This document shows, piece after piece, positions 59,509 to 64,000 of a DNA stretch of 64,000 nt (position 1 is the stretch's first letter; every line of letters begins with the position of its first letter). Location: positions 96,001-160,000 of the forward strand of contig JBBRSP010000003.1 of assembly GCA_038245295.1 (NCBI GenBank). Direction: 5' to 3'. Both the position numbers and the translations under genes were made by a program. Below the pieces are notes generated by a model, which was not told where the DNA came from, ran no database searches, and saw only the letters and a list, made by a program, of their open reading frames with translations. The DNA is from Candidatus Binatia bacterium (GTDB taxonomy: Bacteria > Desulfobacterota > Binatia > HRBIN30).

Positions 59509-59545
59509 GAGGCCGGGATGCACTTGCATCGCCGGCCTCTTTTTT
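59509..59545 (+). terminator. Intrinsic terminator
   Basis: GAGGCCGG-GATGCA...TGCATC-G-CCGGCCTC followed by T6. Confidence 0.85.
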
Positions 59546-59564
59546 GGTGAGCCGTCCGGATCGC

Positions 59565-59945
59565 CTAGTGGAGGTGAATCCATATGCGCGCGAACGTGAT
59601 GCTCCAGGGAACCAGCGACAGCGAGAGGTGAGTCAGAGCCAACAGTACGAGGGTTGGAAGAACGAGACGGTGACCCGGGCGGCGGCTCAGCAAGAACAGC
59701 AGGCCGCAGGCGAAGGCTTTGAAAAGCAGCAACGAAGGTCCGGTTCCGAGGCGCTGGAATGTCGCGACAAGAATCGGATTAGCCTCGCGAACTCCCAGTT
59801 GAATGCCAACATACGTGGCCATGCCGTCGAAGAGTTGCAACGTCAGGTTGAGCAGGAACAGATCGTAGATGAGCAGATACGGTATCAACCGTGGCGCCGA
59901 TTCACCGCTGTGCCAGGGCTGTGTAACGCCCGACTGAGTGCTCAT
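59565..59945 (-). CDS. Small membrane protein (DUF5658-like)
   Basis: LQLFDGMATYVGIQLGVREANP with 3 TM segments. Confidence 0.75.
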   Translation of the reverse strand: MSTQSGVTQPWHSGESAPRLIPYLLIYDLFLLNLTLQLFDGMATYVGIQLGVREANPILVATFQRLGTGPSLLLFKAFACGLLFLLSRRPGHRLVLPTLVLLALTHLSLSLVPWSITFARIWIHLH

Positions 59946-59963
59946 GTTCCTTGCGCCATAGTC

Positions 59964-61175
59964 TCAGCGCAAGATCCCGTCGGTTTGCAGCCCCGCAATT
60001 TGGGAGGCGGTGTAGCCGAGGATGTTGCGCATCACGAGCTCCGTGTGCTGTCCGAGGCATGGCGCGGCGCGTTGTACCTTGCATGGCGTGCCTTGCATGC
60101 GCCACGGAATGCCCACATGGCGCAGCGTGCCCACTTCTGGATGGTCGAGCTCGGCAAAGATCCCGGAGGCATTCAGGTGGGTGTCCTCGGATAGATCTTT
60201 GCTGTCGTACGTTGCAAAGGCGGGGATGTGCGCTTGCTGCAAAACGGCCACGACCTCTTCGCGTGTCTGCTTTACCGTCCAACCTGTGACGATCGCTTCG
60301 AGTTCGTCCTCGTGTCGTTTTCGCCCGGCCAGCGTAGCGAAACGGGGGTCGTTTGCCTGGCCTTCGATCATCGCCGCGAGTTGTTTCCACTCGGCATCGG
60401 TACGCACGGCGATCGCGACCCACCGCTGTTCACCTCGACAGCGGAATACGCCATGGGGTGCCATCCATGGATCGCGGTTGCCGTTGCGTGGCGGCTGTGT
60501 GCCGTTCATGTCGTACTCGGTTGTTCCTTCGGCAAGGACAGCGATGCTGGTTTCCTGCTGTGACAGGTCAATGTACTGTCCCATTCCCGTTTTGGCCCGG
60601 TGCAGCAGCGCCGCAAGAACGGCGAAAGCGCCGTGCAGGCCGCCCGTCGGATCGCCGTAGGATATGCCAACGTGCATCGGCGGCGAGCCGGCGTAGCCGG
60701 TGAGCGACGATAAGCCTGACAGGGGCACCTGCGCTGGCCCGTACGAAACGTATTCGTGCTCCGGTCCTGTGGCCCCGTATCCCGACAATGCGATCATGAT
60801 GATGTCCGGCCGGATCGACCTCAACGTCTCATACCCCAAGCCAAGCCGGTCCATCACACCAGCCGCAAAATTCTCGCAAACAATATCACTCTTGGCGACG
60901 AGCTCCTTGGCGATCTCGACGGCGCGGGGTTGCTTGAGATCCAGTGCCAAGCTCAGTTTTCCTTGGTTGTACTGATTGAAGTAGCCGCTGCGGTTAATGC
61001 CGGGTTGGCCGTCTCGCCACGGCGGCAACATGCGCGTCACGCACGGGCGAGTCGCGGTTTCGACGCGGATGACCTCGGCGCCCAGGTGGGCGAGTTGGAG
61101 AGTGCAAAACGGGCCGGCCCAGACCCACGTGAAGTCGGCAACGCGAACCCCTTCGAGCGGTAGCTTGGTGCTCAT
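59964..61175 (-). CDS. Family III CoA-transferase
   Basis: VADFTWVWAGP, NQGKLSLALDL, DIVCENF and SYGDPTGG. Confidence 0.94.
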   Translation of the reverse strand: MSTKLPLEGVRVADFTWVWAGPFCTLQLAHLGAEVIRVETATRPCVTRMLPPWRDGQPGINRSGYFNQYNQGKLSLALDLKQPRAVEIAKELVAKSDIVCENFAAGVMDRLGLGYETLRSIRPDIIMIALSGYGATGPEHEYVSYGPAQVPLSGLSSLTGYAGSPPMHVGISYGDPTGGLHGAFAVLAALLHRAKTGMGQYIDLSQQETSIAVLAEGTTEYDMNGTQPPRNGNRDPWMAPHGVFRCRGEQRWVAIAVRTDAEWKQLAAMIEGQANDPRFATLAGRKRHEDELEAIVTGWTVKQTREEVVAVLQQAHIPAFATYDSKDLSEDTHLNASGIFAELDHPEVGTLRHVGIPWRMQGTPCKVQRAAPCLGQHTELVMRNILGYTASQIAGLQTDGILR

Positions 61176-61178
61176 GGG

Positions 61179-62387
61179 TTAGATCACTCCTTGTCGGCGC
61201 AGCGTGTCAATCTGTGGTGGGCTGAGTCGCAGAACATCTGAGAGGACTTCTGCCGTGTGCTGACCCAGGAGGGGGGCAGGGCGACGCAACGCCCACGGGG
61301 TCGCGGTCATTTGATAGGGGGCGCCCGGCATGCGGGCCGGGCCGGCGACCGGATGCTCAATCGTTGCGAAGAACCCCCGTGCTTTGAGGTGGTCGGAGGC
61401 GAACAGCTCGCCCATCGACGATGCCGGTGCCAACGGAATCCGGCGAGCCTGGCCGGCGTGATAGAGTTCCGCGACGCTCTGGTCGGCCGCCCATTCCTGC
61501 ATGAACATTTTGAGGGCGTCCCAATTCTGGGCTCGTGTCAGTCGGTTCTCGAACAACTCGATACTCGCCCATTCTGGGTTGCCCATCAGATCAACCAGCG
61601 TATGCCACTGGTGCTCTTCGACGCAGCAAACGAAAATCCACCCGTCCTTGCATTCGAGGAAGTCGAGCGGCTGGATCGGCTTTTGGCCGAGACGCGACGC
61701 AATCAATCCCATGTAGGGATAGTACTCAAACGTCAGCTCGAGGATCGCCGCCAACGATTCCTGGATCGATACCGATACGTGTTGCCCCTTGTCACTCGAC
61801 AGTCGTGCGAACAGCGCCGCCATTCCGGCGATGGCACCGTTCAGCCCACCCTGAAATTCGGCCTGCTGCCCAAACGCGACCAGGGGAGGCCGCTCATCAC
61901 TACCGGGACCCGCCCCGTTGAGATTGGCAATGCCGCCGGCATTCCACAGAGTCAGGTTGGTGTACTCAAGGTCGCAATTGGGTCCCTCGAGCCCGAAAGG
62001 GGTGATCGACACCTCGATCAGCCGCGGATTCACCTCGGCGAGGGGCTCGTAGCTGAGGCCACGCTGGCGCATGTCACAGGGCCGGTAGTTGTGGACCAGC
62101 AGATCGGCCTCGGCCGTCAAATCGGCCAGTACGCGCTGGCCATCGGGGCGCGTCAGGTCGAGTGTCATGCCGAGCTTGTTGGCATTCAGGTAGAGGAAGA
62201 GCCCGCTTTTTTCCGGATCGACCACTCCGCCCGGGTAGGGGCCACGTCGACGAGCGGCGTCACCCTCCGGCGCTTCGATCTTGATGACCTCGGCACCGAG
62301 ATCAGCCATGAGCTTGGTCGCATACGACGCGGCGACCAACTCCCCACACTCGATCACCCTGATTCCGGCAAGCGCTTGTTCTGACAT
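61179..62387 (-). CDS. Family III CoA-transferase, divergent partner subunit
   Basis: KLMADLGAEVIKIE, FLYLNANKLG, SITPFGLEGP and PAPLLGQHT. Confidence 0.92.
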   Translation of the reverse strand: MSEQALAGIRVIECGELVAASYATKLMADLGAEVIKIEAPEGDAARRRGPYPGGVVDPEKSGLFLYLNANKLGMTLDLTRPDGQRVLADLTAEADLLVHNYRPCDMRQRGLSYEPLAEVNPRLIEVSITPFGLEGPNCDLEYTNLTLWNAGGIANLNGAGPGSDERPPLVAFGQQAEFQGGLNGAIAGMAALFARLSSDKGQHVSVSIQESLAAILELTFEYYPYMGLIASRLGQKPIQPLDFLECKDGWIFVCCVEEHQWHTLVDLMGNPEWASIELFENRLTRAQNWDALKMFMQEWAADQSVAELYHAGQARRIPLAPASSMGELFASDHLKARGFFATIEHPVAGPARMPGAPYQMTATPWALRRPAPLLGQHTAEVLSDVLRLSPPQIDTLRRQGVI

Positions 62388-62504
62388 TCGGAGCCGGCCT
62401 CGTACCATGATCGCCCGAGTCCTGCTAGATCGAACGCAATTGGCTTGACAATCGCCGGTCGCTGATGGTGATTTAGGGCGCTACTTGAAGAGGAGAGAAC
62501 CTGC

Positions 62505-63239
62505 ATGTTCGGATCGCGAAGATCAACACGAATGCGGCGAGTGGTGGGCAGAGTAGTGCCGGTGGCGGCGCTGACAGGGTTGTTGTCGTTAGCCGGTTGC
62601 GGATCGGACGGCAGCAGCGGAATCGATGTGCGCCCGGGCGATACGCCGCAGGCCAACATCACTGGCATTGTCTACGGCCCGGGTGGTGCGATCGCCATGC
62701 ACAAAGCCTGGTGGGACGTCGGATTGGTCAGCAGTGCGTTTGCCTTGCTGCCCGGCGTAACCCTGCCGGTCGGGCCGGGGCAACCTGTCTCTTTGTCGCA
62801 GGTTGATATTGTGGACGCGGGTGACGGCGTCATCGATCATGACCAACCGCTCATTCCGCTCACGTTTACCAACTTCGAGGGACGCTACAGCATCATCGCT
62901 CCCGAAGCCGAGGACGTTACCTCGTGCCGCAAGATGGTGTCCGTGGGCAGCGGCACCGCCCTGACTCGCTCCTTCGTGTACCGCAAGAGTCCTGTCGATA
63001 TCGATGCTACCAGCGAAGCGATGGTGCGCGTGATTCTCGACAACGTCGCCCAGACTCGCCACCAGCTCTGCAACTTCAGCAGCGACGAATTGATTCAGAT
63101 CTACGATAAGGTCTTCGTTGCGGCATCAACCGCGCGCGGCGACAACGTCGCCGATCTCAACCAAGCGGCCTACGTGAGAGCGCGCGGCAACCGTGACGTG
63201 CAGGCCGCGCTCGCCGCTGCGGGCGAATCAGCCAACTGA
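62505..63239 (+). CDS. Hypothetical lipoprotein
   Basis: SD GAGGAG; lipobox LAGC followed by GSDGSS. Confidence 0.8.
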   Translation: MFGSRRSTRMRRVVGRVVPVAALTGLLSLAGCGSDGSSGIDVRPGDTPQANITGIVYGPGGAIAMHKAWWDVGLVSSAFALLPGVTLPVGPGQPVSLSQVDIVDAGDGVIDHDQPLIPLTFTNFEGRYSIIAPEAEDVTSCRKMVSVGSGTALTRSFVYRKSPVDIDATSEAMVRVILDNVAQTRHQLCNFSSDELIQIYDKVFVAASTARGDNVADLNQAAYVRARGNRDVQAALAAAGESAN

Positions 63240-63287
63240 TGCGAACACAGCGGCAGCAGTCTACGGACTGCTGCCGCTGCCTCTGCT

Positions 63288-63545
63288 CTAGGACAATAAG
63301 GCGGATTTCGGCACGACCTCGAGCATGTCGCGCGGCGCGGACGGTTCGTCGCGCCGCTGCCACGCCGACATGAACTGGGTGTGCGAAAACTCCTCACCCT
63401 TCCAACGAGCCAAGACGGTCCAGCCGTTGGCGTCGCGATGCAAGAGGTGGACTTCCCGCTTTTCGGTGAGACCCATGGCGCCACGTTCGCTCTGTGTCAT
63501 CGCAAAGAGTACATACCCTTCGCGTTTGGTGGTTACGAAGTACAT
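63288..63545 (-). CDS. Hypothetical protein
   Basis: MYFVTTKREGYVLF..., protein-like, directly after the upstream ORF with a GAGGG SD. Confidence 0.7.
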   Translation of the reverse strand: MYFVTTKREGYVLFAMTQSERGAMGLTEKREVHLLHRDANGWTVLARWKGEEFSHTQFMSAWQRRDEPSAPRDMLEVVPKSALLS

Positions 63546-63553
63546 GGTCGCCC

Positions 63554-64000
63554 TCACTCATTCGTCACGCGTGCCGGACAGACGCCCAGGGCACCGTGAC
63601 GCACGGCTCGCGAATAGCTGAAGATCTGTAGGCCGTTCTTACTGAAACCACCGATGTTGAGATAGCCGCCATCGGTCGTGCGGGTGGACGACCAGTCCCA
63701 CGTGCGCTCGAGGACCCGCTGCTGGCGGGTCATCCAGAGAATCAATGTATCGTAGGTGATCTCCACCGCGGTCCGTCGCCGTACGGCGGATCCAATTCGC
63801 TTGCCGTAGGCTGCCAGGAAGTCATCTTGTGCTTCGTAAGCGACGTTGAGGCTCTCCTTAAGGACGTCTTTGAGGACGACCCCCCAACCGCCGGTACAAG
63901 TCGCGGTCGAAGCACTGGGCTCCAACTCGATGCCCCACTCATCTTTGAGCTGGTAGCCCATCTTTTGCAGAAAGCGCGCATCGACCAGCGTCGGCTGACG
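63554..64000 (-). CDS. Hypothetical protein, 5' end cut by the window edge; C-terminus loosely FGE/C-lectin-like
   Basis: The frame is open to the window end; WDWSSTRTTDGGYLNIGGF...GALGVCPAR. Confidence 0.65.
   Translation of the reverse strand, partial: RQPTLVDARFLQKMGYQLKDEWGIELEPSASTATCTGGWGVVLKDVLKESLNVAYEAQDDFLAAYGKRIGSAVRRRTAVEITYDTLILWMTRQQRVLERTWDWSSTRTTDGGYLNIGGFSKNGLQIFSYSRAVRHGALGVCPARVTNE

Noticed and set aside
63554..64000. Diversity-generating retroelement target (lectin-like C-terminus)
   Set aside because: No template-repeat copy or reverse transcriptase is in the window, and the fold resemblance is weak.

Overview
A high-GC chromosomal window from a Gram-negative bacterium. 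The many Thr/Pro-linker surface proteins, MYXO-CTERM-like tails and the LMLAILEDA protein family suggest Candidatus Binatia or a related deltaproteobacterial lineage (inference). Core genes: argC, tldD-pmbA, rlpA, pilT-pilU, comF, greA, rimP-nusA-ylxR-infB-DUF503-rbfA-truB, a dnaA with no neighbouring dnaN or rpmH, and groES-groEL. Accessory content: two tandem STAND/TPR regulators, a TonB-dependent receptor with TonB, acyl-CoA metabolism genes, FG-GAP and PQQ-type propeller envelope proteins, a decayed island at 19.0-21.9 kb, and nested REP-carrying miniature elements. The best candidate for a new system is a secreted His-rich leader ORF (7808-8227) ending in an RGPP ribosome-arrest motif. 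The stall-site codons can base-pair with the Shine-Dalgarno sequence of the downstream receptor, which suggests a His-type, non-CxxC version of the CruR/CutF metal-sensing arrest-peptide switch. Other highlights: a myxosortase-like protease with two MYXO-CTERM-like candidate substrates, and MITE-like elements nested in their own REP hairpins. No rRNA, tRNA or CRISPR array was found. All calls were made by eye, with no database searches.
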